Counted from the stretch's first letter, positions 15,541 through 30,600 are shown. The stretch is 64,000 bases of DNA from Eledone cirrhosa (GCA_964016885.1 OZ024742.1:207390001-207454000), one strand, 5' to 3'. The notes: generated from the letters alone by a model not told the origin. Program-made: numbers and translations.

Positions 15541-15621
15541 GTTGCCCGATCAAAAGAAATGTATGAAAAAAAAATATATATATATATTTTTTTTTTCATA
15601 TATTTCTTTTGATCGGGCAAC
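15541..15621. repeat. 81-bp palindrome centred on (TA)n
   Basis: gttgcccgatcaaaagaaat...atttcttttgatcgggcaac. Confidence 0.8.
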
Positions 15622-16139
15622 TGTGTAACTTACCCAACCAAATTACTATTAATGTTTATATGAACAACACACATTTAAAAACATTCAAAGTAACTATAAA
15701 TGCCAAGATTTTCAAAATCTGATGACATCTCATGGCGACCAGGCATATATAAAAAAACATATAGGCCGCATTCAAAACATTGCCATGAGTTTGATCGGTA
15801 TAGTTTCGGTTACTAACTCACTGCAACCCCTGCTCCACATATTTGTATCGTCTCTCTGTTTCCTCTACTGCTACCAGCCCGGCGGTGAGCTAAAATGGGG
15901 TAGTGGTACGTGAAAAGAAATTTTGGCGCGAGGATGTGCGGAGAGAGTAGTAGCATTGTCAATAAGATGAGCGCTGGGGCGGGCGGTTTATATTAGGACC
16001 TGGGGATAATCGCCTCAATTGACTTCCCCAGCCATGTTTCAGGACTGGATAGCAGATTTCTGGTTCAAGCTACACACACTCACATACACACACGCACACA
16101 CGCACACACACACACGCGCACACACACACATACACAAAC

Positions 16140-16205
<66 letters not shown>

Positions 16206-17211
16206 GTGTGTGTGTATGTAAGTATGGGTGCATGTCTATGTTCGTATAAGTGTATGTATAAATATATTTTTTTTCTCTCTTACTGTTTTTAGTTATTAGA
16301 CTGTGGCCACGATGGGGCACACACGCACCCATATATAATTTTAAAACTAATCCTAACAGTTTCTTTTGAAGTTTCAACTTCCAGACTATCAAATGGTGCC
16401 AACAGAAAAAAGAATATGCAAATAAATTAGCAAAACGAGACGATTAGAAGGGTCGCGTTATACGATACATTTTCGAAATATCTCATATCTCATGATACAT
16501 ACATAGAGGTTCTTTAATATTGATATTGTTCTTTCTATTTTGTTATTAGCTATTACTAATAGATACATATTATTGTTATTATTTATATTTTTATTATTAT
16601 TACTTTTTTTTCTTTTTCAGAAATGAATTATTATCTTTTACCTCCTTTCTGTGTGAAGAAACTAAATCTTCTCCGTCTTAATAAAAGCGACCATTATTAT
16701 CCTAATTAAGGGTTATCGTTGTGACAATCTTAGGAATTATTATGTTCTTTCATTCGTCACGATTATAACAAATAAAAACCGATTATTCTTATAATCGTTG
16801 TCTTTTTTGTTGCTGTCTTTTTAATCGCCTTTTCACTATGAAAGTTTCTTCCATATATTTAAGGAATTCCTTACATATCGTTTTCAAAACCCCCATACCC
16901 ACAAAGTCAATGAATGGACAGACTCTGGTTGTCGCTGTTTATCTATGAAAGCCACAGTTCGGTTTGTTTGTTTTCTAGAGAGTTTTAATAGGAAAACATT
17001 ACCCGCTTTGTGTGGACTGCTGCTAATGAGGGACCCAGCAAATTTGAAGTGGGGGTTGTTATAATCTTTGAAGAAACATTACGTTATATCTCAGAGTCAG
17101 ATCGCTTTCTAATTATTATACCTATTTACTCATTTTTATCTCGTTCTAGCCACTCTTATCCTGTCAACTTTCTAGGGGAAATATCTCGTTTTTGCCTATT
17201 TTTTTTTCTTT

Positions 17212-17267
<56 letters not shown>

Positions 17268-17839
17268 TCATTATTTCTTCCTTTCTTTGATTTTATCTTG
17301 TTGCAGCCTTAGTATTGTTTGTTATCGTTAAGTTTATTTGTGATTCTATTCTGCTCCAGTAAACACAAATAAGGAGATTTTAATACACTCGCAAAATGAA
17401 CATGGCGAAAATAAAGATTATTCCTATGCTATGTCAAGCCAATTATAATCATAAAAGTAAAAATTGTCACAGCTGAGACACATACAACAAAAGATATTCA
17501 GTGCATACCTTCCTTATACACACACCTATGTACATTTATATGTTTGTGTGTGTATGCGTATTTTGCTGCGTCAGAGACACTTAAACAAAAGGTGGGTCAT
17601 AGAGACCCAACTAAACACCCTGTCATCAAGTGGTATTTATTTTAGGTGCTAATTTGACTGGGAGAGTCAATTTTTCAAAGTGACACCGAGAAGTAGAATT
17701 TCATTTTAACTCACCAAATTAATAAAAGGGAAACAAAACACTCATCAAAAGAAACTGCTTTCGCTTCTTCAAGCGGTGAGCTGCACAACATTAAGACCGT
17801 ACCATTCAAGAACTGACAACAGTTGACATGACTTACACC

Positions 17840-18036
17840 CAGACCTGCCAACATCTAAAAATCCAAAACGGGAAGTACCACTAGCAAAAGTGCCCCCCAA
17901 ACGAGGAGAAATGAGGCAAAATAGGCAGATTTTACTTAATAAAAGCTATACCCATTTTCAGAAGAGAAGTCATCTCTCGCCTACCCTAAAGTGGGTGGGA
18001 GATCTCCCCGTCGGACGTGAAGAGGTGACAGGCCTG
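17840..18036. mobile_element. Possible old MITE
   Basis: Imperfect terminal inverted repeats cagacctgccaac / gtgacaggcctg. Confidence 0.3.
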
Positions 18037-18543
18037 TAAACCAAACATTCAGGCTGTTAGCTATGTGAGTCGTGAAGGTGGGTTGGCAGCGCTTTCAAAT
18101 CAATGCAGAAATGAAAAAGGAAACAAATAATTTGTTATAACGTATTATCTGTCTTGGATACAAAGAGGATTATATTGGTCAGACCAGTAACTCTTTGTGT
18201 AAACACAAACAACATTCATGGAAATCGGAAATCACCCTAAGCGAACATTTAGAACAGCAATTTGAATAAATTGCCTTTTTATAAAAGTTAAATATATGAT
18301 CTAGAAATAGAGAAAAATATATAAAGAAATTCACTACGAAACTAAACAATAACAATCCTACTTAATGAAATGTGATAATTCACATATAGAACTTCCAGTT
18401 TGGCTACTCTTTTAATAACAACGATGTGGGCATACATATATAGCGGAAAATTCAAATTCAAAATGTGCGTCGTAAATGCAGTTGACTATCATAATAATTG
18501 ATCACTATAAATAAGACAGAAATAAAAGAGAATAGAAATACCT

Positions 18544-18605
18544 ACAAGGAATCGAACCCCGCATTTCCCGGATGTCAGGCGAGTGCGTTAACCTCTAGTC
18601 TAAAG
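18544..18605 (-). pseudogene. tRNA-derived sequence (SINE head or tRNA pseudogene)
   Basis: Minus strand shows TAGACTAGAGG (A box) and GGTTCGATTCC (B box); no intact cloverleaf; degenerate second copy at ~18790-18840. Confidence 0.55.
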
Positions 18606-19027
18606 ACACGCTATCAAATCGTTCAATCTTTTAAGATGTTGATCTCGTAGATAGAAATGTAACTTTGGGAACATTTGAAATTAGAAAGATATGTCACCCA
18701 ACGCAGATAACTTCAATAATAGTCGATCACTATAAATAATAGTTGGGAAAACTGGATGCTGTAAATGGAAAAAGATTGAGAGACGTCAGCAAGAAACTGA
18801 AGTCCGCATCTTTCGGGTGTCGGGTGAGTGCGTTAAACAATGATTCTCCGTCTATTCCGAAATCGACTGTTCTAGTTGATTCCTCATCGGAAGAGTTTGC
18901 TTGTGAAATTAACGTGAAATTAGCTAAACATTCCACAGTCACGTGTGCCCGTAACATAATTCTGACGGGTATTTGGGTTGACACAAGAGTAGCAAGATTG
19001 GGCCTTTGAATTACATCTATACATAGT

Positions 19028-19122
<95 letters not shown>

Positions 19123-19130
19123 ATATATAC

Positions 19131-19187
<57 letters not shown>

Positions 19188-19204
19188 GTATATATTGAGT
19201 ATAT

Positions 19205-19710
19205 GTTTGTTGTTTACCGACACCTCAGTGTACAGATTGGAGCACTCGATGAAGTACGCAGGTTGGTTTGTTTACTCCGGAGTAATGTAAAATAATTAAG
19301 TAAAATATGTAAAATTTGGCTTCGTTTATTAAAAATTATAGATATACGGCTATATATATTTCGGTGACAGACATCATTGGCTGTGACCTCTTCAGGCAGT
19401 CCGAATTGGTGTGGGAAAGGCAGGTACACATGTTGTTGAAGTCTGTTTTACTCCGTCAATATATTGATATGTCCAGTTCCTGGTTGTATTGTTCCTCAGA
19501 GAAATAACAACACAACCAGGAACTGGACATATCGATGTATTGACGCAGTAAAACACACTTCAACAACATGCGTACCTGTCTTTCCCACACCAATTCGGAC
19601 TGCCTGATGAGGTCACAGCCAATGATGGCTGTCACCGAAATATATATACCAGTATATATATAATTTATAATGAATGAAGCCAAATTTTACATATCTGACT
19701 TAATTATTTT
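19205..19710. mobile_element. Inverted pair of PLE pLTRs (family E), one hammerhead motif per strand
   Basis: Arms meet at ~19495-19505; homologous to the pLTRs at 23365-23950 and 26312-26770. Confidence 0.85.
19599..19653 (+). ncRNA. Type-I hammerhead motif
   Basis: actgc-CTGATGA(19604-19610)-ggtcacagcca atga tggctgtcacc-GAAA-TATATA-TA-ccagt. Antisense twin with CTGAAGA core at 19346-19400. Confidence 0.85.
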
Positions 19711-19726
19711 AAATATATATATATAT

Positions 19727-19858
19727 AACGAAGGAAATGTGGTAAGGAATCAGATGGACCATAACGCACCAAAGTACTCAATATTTAGGGTAGTGGGTAA
19801 TAGGAACAAGTAGGACCCCGACGGCTGAGCTCAAACCGATTCGACGTCTAATTCTGGA

Positions 19859-19935
<77 letters not shown>

Positions 19936-20156
19936 CGAAGGAAATGTGGTAAGGAACCAGGTGGACCATAACGCACCAAAGTACTCAATACTTGAGGTAG
20001 TAGAGTGGATAATAGGAACCAGTAAGACCCCGACAGCTGAGCTCAAGCCGTTTCGACGGCTAATTCTATTCGACGGCTAATTCTATTTCGACGGCTAATT
20101 CTATGAATTAGCCATCGAAACGGCTTGAGCTCAGCTGTCGGGGTCTTACTGGTTCC

Positions 20157-20158
<2 letters not shown>
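19727..20158. mobile_element. Two family C elements in (TA)n (19727-19860 single arm; 19934-20158 fold-back with triplicated centre)
   Basis: Same aacgaaggaaatgtggtaagg start; centre has ttcgacggctaattcta three times. Confidence 0.8.
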
Positions 20159-20190
<32 letters not shown>

Positions 20191-20253
20191 TATATATATA
20201 TACATATATATATACATATATATATACATATATATATATACATATATACATAC

Positions 20254-20465
<212 letters not shown>

Positions 20466-20466
20466 G

Positions 20467-20515
<49 letters not shown>

Positions 20516-20534
20516 ATGTATATATATGTATGTA

Positions 20535-20609
<75 letters not shown>

Positions 20610-20639
20610 GTATGTATATATGTATATATATATATATAA

Positions 20640-21601
<962 letters not shown>

Positions 21602-21690
21602 CATATATATATACATATATATATATATGTATATATGTATGTATATATAGGCAAATGACCTCTTAAGAGTCAATGGCCATCCAAAATCAC

Positions 21691-22104
21691 AGGGAGAGAT
21701 GACCCCTTAGCCTTTGTCAAGGCAGAATTCTAGGAGAAGGAAAACTCTAATATAACACCTGCAACCCTGATGGTATCCAATGATGTTGACTTGTTGTTCT
21801 TTTTGGTAAATATCATCATGTTTAAGAGAGTGGGACTGGCTTTGTGCAGTGTCTTTGCTCACTATAAAAGCTTCACGGCACAGGCATTGCTTTATATCTG
21901 GAGATCTCTCTGCACTTGTCGTCACATGGTATGATGGGCCCAGCACTATGTGTCAATAATTGTCACAAGTGTAGTGTTTGTACCAGAGTTTCCAAGTCTC
22001 TGGCTGGACTAAAACGTCCGCCTCGTTCAGCGCATCGGTAGGGGTTCTCCTACATGGATATAAAGTAGTGGCCGCACTCGAAAACGAGTTGGCAGCCATC
22101 ATGT
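21691..22104 (+). mobile_element. Non-autonomous RTE-derived (bipartite) element
   Basis: Closely similar to 50820-51240; RTE-5'-like ctaggagaaggaaaactct motif and a terminal C2H2-finger remnant. Confidence 0.6.
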
Positions 22105-22118
22105 GTGTGTGTGTGTGT

Positions 22119-22447
<329 letters not shown>

Positions 22448-22460
22448 ATATCATTATACA

Positions 22461-22644
22461 GGTGAATTGGCAGTATCGGTAGAAGGTCGGACGCCATTCT
22501 TTAATGCATAGAGTTACGGCCCTTGCCATCTAAAGTTCAAATCGCGCCGAAGTTAACTTTGCCTTTCATCCTTACGGAGTCGATAAAATAAAGTACCAGA
22601 AATGTACTGGGTTATTGGTGGCCTTGTGCCAATAGTAGAAACAA

Positions 22645-22646
<2 letters not shown>
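22461..22646 (+). mobile_element. tRNA-derived SINE copy
   Basis: Matches the 10806 family. Confidence 0.85.
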
Positions 22647-22678
<32 letters not shown>

Positions 22679-22681
<3 letters not shown>

Positions 22682-22877
22682 AACAAGTAAGACCCCGACG
22701 GCTGAGCTCAAGCCGTTTCGACGGCTAATTCTGGACTGAGTCCAGAATTAGCCGTCGAAACGGCTTGAGGTCAGCCGTCGGGGTCTTACTTGTTCCTATT
22801 ACCCACTCTACTACCCTAAGTATTAAGTACTTAGGTGCGTTATGGTCCACCTGGTTCCTTACCACATTTCCTTCGTT
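22679..22877. mobile_element. Family C fold-back element (opposite orientation)
   Basis: Centre ctggac-tga-gtccag; (TA)n flanks. Confidence 0.8.
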
Positions 22878-22891
22878 ATATATATATATAG

Positions 22892-22922
<31 letters not shown>

Positions 22923-23364
22923 CATATACATATATATAAACAATGAGGAAATATTGATGTCAACTGAGGTCGTGGTCTTCTGGATGAAGTCACGCCATTG
23001 TACTACCAGCATTATATCGGCGTTCAGCTCTTTGTTAAAGTAGGAAATAAAAGTTGCTATGTTCATAAACAAATCTTCAGTAATCATATCACCGTGAATC
23101 GGTGAACGTGACAATCATAGATTTTTTTTAAAATCATAAAGTAAATAAAATACCAGTGAAATGAAGCAAGGTAAATTGAAACTAAATAGCGAATTTTATT
23201 GAATGCAGTTTATCACATTCTATTAAGATTAATTTGCTTTATACAATACAGAAACGAGAATTTTATTTCATTGCAAATCCATACTCAAATAAAATTTTGT
23301 TGATTCCAACATCTAATAATGTAATATGTATATATATATATATATATTTTTTTTTTTAGTATAT

Positions 23365-26300
23365 GTTGGTTGTCTACCAACACCTAAGTATGCTGATTGG
23401 AGCACTCACCGAAGTGCGAAGGTTGGTTTGGTTACTCCGGAGTAATGTAAAAGAAACTAAAATAAATAAGTCAAATATTTAAAATTTGGCTTCGTTTATT
23501 ACTGCTATATATATTTCGGTTACAGCCATCTTTAGCTGTGACCTCTTCCGGCAGTCCGAATTAGTGTGGTTGAGACGAGTACACACGTTGTTGAGGTGTT
23601 TAACTTTGTCAATACTCTGATATGCCCAGTTCCTGGTTGGGTTGTTATTTCACTGAGGTACTGGAATCATATGAATTTAAACAAACGAATTTCAGCGTCA
23701 AAGGATATCCTCTCCTCCCATTGGTCAGTTGTGAGAACATTCTTCAGTCAAAAGTCTATAGAAATTCGTCCTCGGCGAGACAATCTGTAGTGGTTGTTTT
23801 TGTTATTGTTAAGTACATCTGACCTCTACCCTTATATTGGTAGTGGTGTTGGTGCTTTGAATCAGCTAACTCCAGCCGCTGCTGATTTTAGAAGGATCTG
23901 TGTGTGTGTGTGTTGGCACCTATCCTGCCACTATTTCTCGTGGTTGTGGTGTTAGGGTGGGGGGGGGGGGGTGATGGGTTGGAGGGTTGCCAAGCATATG
24001 AAGAAATAAAAGGCAATAAAATGAAGAAAATAGAAAATGAAAATAAGATAATATATGCAAATAATTAAACAAAAAAAATGATAAAAGGGTAGAAGGAATA
24101 AGTTGATAAAAGAATAAAATAAGATAATCAAATAAAATGTGTGTGTGTTATAACCAATCTCAAAGTGAGAAAGATTTGTAAGATCCAGGCTTCCCATTGG
24201 TCAGTTGTGAGTCAAAAGTCTATAGAAATTCTTTCTGAGGTGAGGTGATCTGTAGTGTTTGTTTTTGCTACTGTTAAGTACATCTGACCTCTACCCTTAT
24301 TTTGGTAATGGTGTTGGTGCTGCGGTCAGCCTAGGTCTTGCTGCTGATGATTTTAGAAGGATCTGTGTGTGTGTGTTGGCATCCATCCTCCCACCATTTC
24401 TCGTGGTGGTGGCGGTGGTGGTGGTAGGGGGGGGTCAAGCATATGAAGAAATAAAAGGCAGTAAAGTTAAGAAAATTGAAAATAAATGAAAAATAAAAAA
24501 TGAAGATTCAAATAAAATGTGTGTGTGTAATAATCAATCTCAAAGTTAGAAAGATGTTGGCCAAATTAGAAAGGCTGTGTCAGAATCAATCTCTAGGCTA
24601 TCATGTTGTCTGCTCAGCCTGGATGTGTCCCTATGGCTTGAGGGGAGTTCCCAGCCTATGGTGTTGTTACTGTCCATATAGCTTGAGGGAGGCCCGGCCC
24701 AGAGGTTTCTACATATTCTGGAGAAGTCCCTATAGATTGAGGGGAGTTCACATCTCAGTGTGTTGTTACTGTCCATATAGCTTGGGGAAGGTCCCGGCCC
24801 TGAGATGTCTACATGTCCCGAAGAAGTCGGTTCTGAGGTTTATCAGGCGGCTTCCACCTCTTAGTATCTCGAGGGTCTCGCTCAGACATAGTTTGCATAT
24901 GCCAAATACCCCTTTATCGGGTGGTACTTTCCTGATTATGGACCAGGCCAGAGAGTACGGGGTCCTGTCCGGATTAAGCTTCCAGATCAGGTCGGAAAGA
25001 GCCGTACTTTTCCTTTTAACCTCCTTATTGAAGGAATGGCGATGGTTTTACCAACGGTCTTTAAAGTTGATGTGGCTCCTATGTAAAGGTGTTCGGTGTT
25101 GGGGGTTTATACTCTACATCCGTATATTAGGTTCTTCCTGGGGCATTCATTACTAAGGGGGCATGATTCGGGGTTTCTGCAGTTGCGGAGAGTGGTCGAC
25201 TTCTGCGTGCCTAGTGTGGGGTTCCCGTTACGTGTTACTTGATGGTCTTCCCTCGGGCCCGGTGGGGGGGTCCCTGGGTCTGCTTGAGTTTCGTGGGTGG
25301 CCACTGGGTCCACCCTTCTCTCCTTCCACATTGTTATGCTGGTTGCCATCTTCTGGTTGTGTGTGGTTTTTAAGCCTACTCCTGTTAATGCTAGCTATGT
25401 GTTGGGCCAGATTTCTCGTGGTGGAATACGAGAGCTTCACAGTGTGTGTGTTGAACATCTTGTGGTATCTATGGTCCCTCGGGAAGCATTTATCAAGTGC
25501 TCCAAAAAATGATCGGGCCAAGCTGTTCTTTAGGGCCGCTGAGTAGGGTGGGTTGTACCACGTCATTTTTCTGCGTCTACTCCTATATGGGTGGGTTGAG
25601 GGCGTCGTGAGTTGTTGGAGAGTTGTTGGGTTGCTAGTGGTTCCCGCATTGTTGCTTCCTCTTTGGGCGCTATGTGATTTGCTATCTTCTCGGCCCGAAT
25701 CAGTGGGGTGCTTGATTGCCGCGCTGGAAGATCCATGATGGGATTGTCCCCCGTTACCCCTCCCCCTCCACATGTCCTGCGGTTGGGGGTCATCGGGCCC
25801 GGGGTGGTCAATTTCACCCCTGAGACTGCTACTCGTATTGGGTTTCTTCGCATGGTTAAGCGTACTCGTCACCGTCGCCCATGTGGTGATGTCGGGCTCA
25901 TGGTGCTTATTTGTTTCTATTCTGCCTGTATTGTTAGGGTTCGGCCCCTCCTGGATAACGCGGACGGGGGTGTCCGTTGGGCCAACCCCATCCCGGCGCC
26001 TCGGACTCTATGATATATTTAGGCCATGTGCCGCCTTATTTAGAGCTGCGTTGTAATATTCCGCGTTGCTATCAAAGATTTCCTTATTTGCGGACAGGCT
26101 GGAGATCCTGTCCGACACACTCTTCACCACGGCCTTGGTTATGGATCTAGGGTGGTTTGACTTGGCGTTAACATAAACAAGTTTCTCGTTGGGCTTGTGG
26201 TAGGGGTAGTATTGCTCGGTGTTCAGGTTTGGGGTGGTGTCTAGGAAGTTACCTACCTTTCTATTTGGGTCTAGTTCGATACTGAACCCCTGGTTCTTAA

Positions 26301-26769
26301 AGAAAGATAGTTGCCAACACACACTCACACACATATCCTTCTAAAATCAGCAGCAGCTGGAATTAAGCTGACTCCAGCACCAACACTACTACCAACATAA
26401 AGGTAGAGGTCAGATGTACTTAACAATAACAACAACAACCACTACAGATTGCCTTGCCACAGAACGAATTTCTATAGACTTTTGACCGAGGAACTGACTA
26501 ATGGGAGGAGAGGATATCCTTTGACGCTGAAATTCGTTTGTTTAAATTCATATGATTCCAGTTCCTCAGTGAAATAACAACCCAACCAGGAACTGGGCAT
26601 ATCAGAGTATTGACAAAGTTAAACACCTCAACAACATGTGTACTCGTTTCAACCACACTAATTCGGACTACCTGAAGAGGTCACAGCCAAAGATGGCTCT
26701 CACCGAAATATATATATAGCAGTAATAAACGAAGCCAAATTTTAAATATTTGACTTATTTATTTTAGTT

Positions 26770-26770
<1 letters not shown>
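23365..26770 (-). mobile_element. 5'-truncated Penelope-like element with tandem 3' pLTRs and an inverted 5' pLTR
   Basis: Minus-strand ORF pieces NFLDTT, YHKPN..SNHP, TWYNPPY, KLSYS, NCRNPESCPL, LIY..YIG. pLTR segments 23365-24180 and 24192-24556; inverted copy 26312-26770. Confidence 0.92.
26667..26723 (+). ncRNA. Type-I hammerhead motif in the inverted pLTR
   Basis: CTGAAGA(26672-26678)-ggtcacagcca aaga tggctctcacc-GAAA-(TA)n-gcagt. The copy at 23501-23555 (-) has a mutated core, CGGAAGA. Confidence 0.8.
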
Positions 26771-26823
<53 letters not shown>

Positions 26824-27987
26824 GCACACATAATCTGGTATGTATTGAGTACCTAACTTACTGTAGTTAACCACCATTGAACCCGGTATATACACACGCA
26901 CCCCTCCCACACACTCACGCACGCACACACATACATACACACAAAAACACACACATATATATATATATATATGTGTGTTTGCATGTATATGTGGGTGCAT
27001 ATAAGCATACACACACATACATACATGCACACATACATATATACCTACACAAATAACGTACATACATGCGTGCAGGTCACTGAAGTTCATTCCACATCAT
27101 AGATGATAAGAATATTGTTGCAAGAAAAGGTAACTATCGCGACGAGCTGTGACTATACTATATCGAAGTAAATTTCAAAAGACATATATATATATACACA
27201 TATGTATGCGTGTGCGCCGCGCGCGCGTGTGTGTGTGTGTGTGTGTGTGTCTATGCTCGTGTACGTGTCCGTGTATGTGCCTGCGCGTGCATTCTCATTT
27301 GTTCTCAATTCTATGAATAGCACATTGTAAGCACATATCTCATAAATAAAAGAATATGAAGGTTCTTCAAAGCAACTAGAATATGTTATTAAACGTTGGC
27401 TTGGTTAGGTTTCTGTGAAAGATGTAATTCTTATTGTTAGAAGTGGCTATAATATTCATTGCTGATATCATCATCTTCCTATTATCTTTCTATGTTATTG
27501 AGAAAAATATGAATATATAAAATGTAAATAAAAACTAAATAACAAAAAAAAATCTTCTACAATAAAAATAATTATATACAATGATATACGACTATTCTCG
27601 TATAAAATAAAACAACAGCAACAAAAACCGGAAAACATATATCAAATAAACAAATAACACAGATATTGAAAATGTATTCAGGAGCAAGGAATATTACTAG
27701 GACACCACAATATAAATATCAATAGATTGTGAAAGCAACAGTTCAGATATTGCCCAAAGAAGAAGATATATGATTTGTTATTTTGCAGTTGATATGAAAA
27801 AAATCTGTGAATGAAAAGGAACGAAAAGAATATATATGGACAAAAAAGGTGGATCTTATATTTTTAAAAAAGAAATTTAGATTCAAATTACATATATGTA
27901 TATGTGTGCGCGAATGTTTGTATGTATATTTGCGCCTAATACACATGGGCACCACATGTACCTCCATACATCCAGACATACATACAC

Positions 27988-28018
<31 letters not shown>

Positions 28019-28083
28019 AATAAGGGTTGACGGACCCACCATATTTATCATTGCCAGTACCGGTTTTATCTCAGCGCACTCAA

Positions 28084-28154
<71 letters not shown>

Positions 28155-28179
28155 CACATATATATATATATGTATATAT

Positions 28180-28530
28180 AAGAGGCTTATCTCTGTTTCT
28201 TGACCGCTGTAAGTCGCGTCAAACGTCACAAAAATACTGCATCTCTGTGATGTAGTGTCCTTGCATAATAAGCCACGAAACTACGTAGTCGAGGATAATG
28301 TTGAAATTTAGGTATGGTTTATCTTATTAATTATGTCTAATATTTCTTCTTTCTTTATAATGTATTATATAGCTCTGATATTGAATCAATCTAATCCATT
28401 CGGATTATTTTGCCCCGATTATTCATAGAGCAACAACGGTTAAGGTCGGCACCACACAAATTCGGGGATATATGTTGGTATATTCATGTATATGTATGTA
28501 TTCGCATGTGTCTGTATTTCTTTATATTGT
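28180..28530 (+). mobile_element. Family F repeat, diverged copy with hammerhead remnant
   Basis: gccac-GAAA-CTACGTAG-TC-gagg at 28272-28294; colinear with 29127-29570. Confidence 0.65.
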
Positions 28531-28630
28531 ATATATATATATATATATATATATAGTAACAATAATAAATTTGAAGACTAAAATCCAAAGATTTTTTGCT
28601 TAAACTTTAATCTGTTATTTTAATAATAAT

Positions 28631-28722
<92 letters not shown>

Positions 28723-28736
28723 CAAATATGTATGTA

Positions 28737-28919
28737 TGAATTGTCAGTATCGGTAGAGGGTCGGACGCCATGCTTTCCAGCATAGCTACTTCCCTTTGCG
28801 ATCTGAGTTCAAATCCCACCAAGTTTAACTTTGCCTTTCATCCATACGGTTTCGATAAATTAAAGTACCAGTAATCTACTTGGTAATTGCTGGCTTTGTG
28901 CCAAAAGTAAAAACAATTA

Positions 28920-28920
<1 letters not shown>
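28737..28920 (+). mobile_element. tRNA-derived SINE copy
   Basis: Matches the 10806 family. Confidence 0.85.
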
Positions 28921-28961
<41 letters not shown>

Positions 28962-28968
<7 letters not shown>

Positions 28969-29563
28969 CCGCATGTATCTGTGTGTTTCTAAATATATTG
29001 TTAATAACTCCCTCTGGTCGAGCAATCTTTGAAGTGTGGGAACAGCTGGAAAGCTTCCATTACTCATACTCCTCGCCTCCTTCACCACCTCTTCTACGGC
29101 CTCGTGGTATTTTCTTCGGGGTTATAAGAGGCTTAGCTCTGTTTCTCGACCGTTATATCGCGTGACTATCTCCCCCTCCGCCTTTTGGGATTCTTTCTCA
29201 CGTCGTGTAGACGCGTTCTTGAGACTAGTAAAATGAGGTATCCTCTTGATAAGTCGGCAGACCTCGCAAGGACTCTATATCTTTATGATATGTTGTTTTT
29301 GTTTATGCCACGAAACTACGTAGTCGAGGAATTTAGAAGCAGTTTAGGCAGGATACATTTTATTACTAATTGTATCTAAATGTTTCTTCTCTCTTCATAA
29401 TGTATTTTTAACTCTGATACTGGTTCAGTCTAGTTCAACTGGATTGGTCTGTACCAGTCATTCATTGAGCAACATCGGTGAAGTTGGCACCCTTAACTCA
29501 CAGTTGGGTGCGGATGCATTCATGTATATATGTGTGTGTCCGCATGTATCTGTGTGTTTCTAA

Positions 29564-29570
<7 letters not shown>
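28962..29570 (+). mobile_element. Family F ~610-bp element with ~38-bp terminal redundancy and hammerhead remnant
   Basis: tgtgtgtccgcatgtatctgtgtgtttctaaatatatt at both ends; GAAA-CTACGTAG-TC at 29312-29325; (TA)n flanks. Confidence 0.7.
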
Positions 29571-29628
<58 letters not shown>

Positions 29629-29639
29629 AAGGCGGGTAA

Positions 29640-30600
29640 AATTCCCGAGATCCATTGACGAGTTCTCTGCAGCGGTCTCTGTCGCTCATTATCGCTGCCA
29701 TGTCCTGCGTCTCCAACAGACTAGTGTCTGTCCTTAGGGCATCAACATACGTTTACCTTGGTCTTCCCCTTCTAGTGTGTCCATGTAGGGGCTCCCAAAG
29801 GAGCACTGAGTGCAATGTCAACTCTGGATGTCGGTAAGCATGTCTAGCTAACTTCAGTCTCCTCTGTGTCACTTTTGAGCTGACTTTTGGGATGCTCCCA
29901 TACAGCTTTGAGTTTTTCATCCTCAGTGTATACTGATTAATGTTCAGAGCCATCCTCAGCATTCTCGTGTAGCACCCATCTACCATCTGAGTGAGTTTCT
30001 TGGTCAGTGTCCAAGTCTCAGACCCATACAGCAGCACAGACTCCACTACAGCAATGAAGAGGCGGATTATCAGGTCTCTACGAAGGTCCGACTTCCACAC
30101 CGATCTCAAGCTGTGGCACGCCGCCCAGGCCTTGCACTTCCTCTCAACCACATCATCTTCTGTATTCCCAATCTTTGCTCCCAAATACAGGAAGTCCTCA
30201 ACCAATTCCAGCGGCTTCCCGCCTACATTAGTGATCCCCTCTGGCTTCTCAACATTCTCTACCAGATATTTTGTTTTAGTCTCATTCATTCTCAGTCCCA
30301 CACTCATCGACACAGTCTCAACCTCCCGCATCAAATCCTCTGCCTCCTTCACTGTATTTGTCACCAAAACTATGTCGTCGGCAAATTCAGCATCCGATAC
30401 CTTTTTCGCCCTAACTCTCCTGCTCTGAGCCGGTGCTGCAGTAAAGCCAGAGTCCTGGTGTTTCTCCAGTGCAAGGCGCATATAATAGTCCACTACGATG
30501 ATAAAAAGGTAGGGAGCCAATGTATCTCCCTGGAGTACACCAGCCAGTATCTCAAAGAACTCTGTCATCCCATCAGGTGTAATGACTTGGGCTTTGGTGT
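29640..30600 (-). mobile_element. RTE-clade LINE, 5'-truncated RT C-terminal half
   Basis: ORF 29753-30568: GVLQGDTLAPYLF, FADDIVL, FLYLG, LLYGSETW, RRGRP. Confidence 0.93.

Noticed and set aside
15880-16625. GC-box/TATA-like cluster (15975-15996) and a polypyrimidine-CAG acceptor at 16620 as a host gene start
   Set aside because: No supporting exon or ORF follows; such motifs arise by chance and cannot be supported without transcript data.
18544-18605. Functional tRNA gene
   Set aside because: A and B boxes are present but the acceptor and anticodon stems do not pair properly; more likely a SINE head or pseudogene.
24500-25546. Plus-strand ORFs of 218 and 127 aa
   Set aside because: Antisense shadows of the minus-strand PLE and its tandem repeats.
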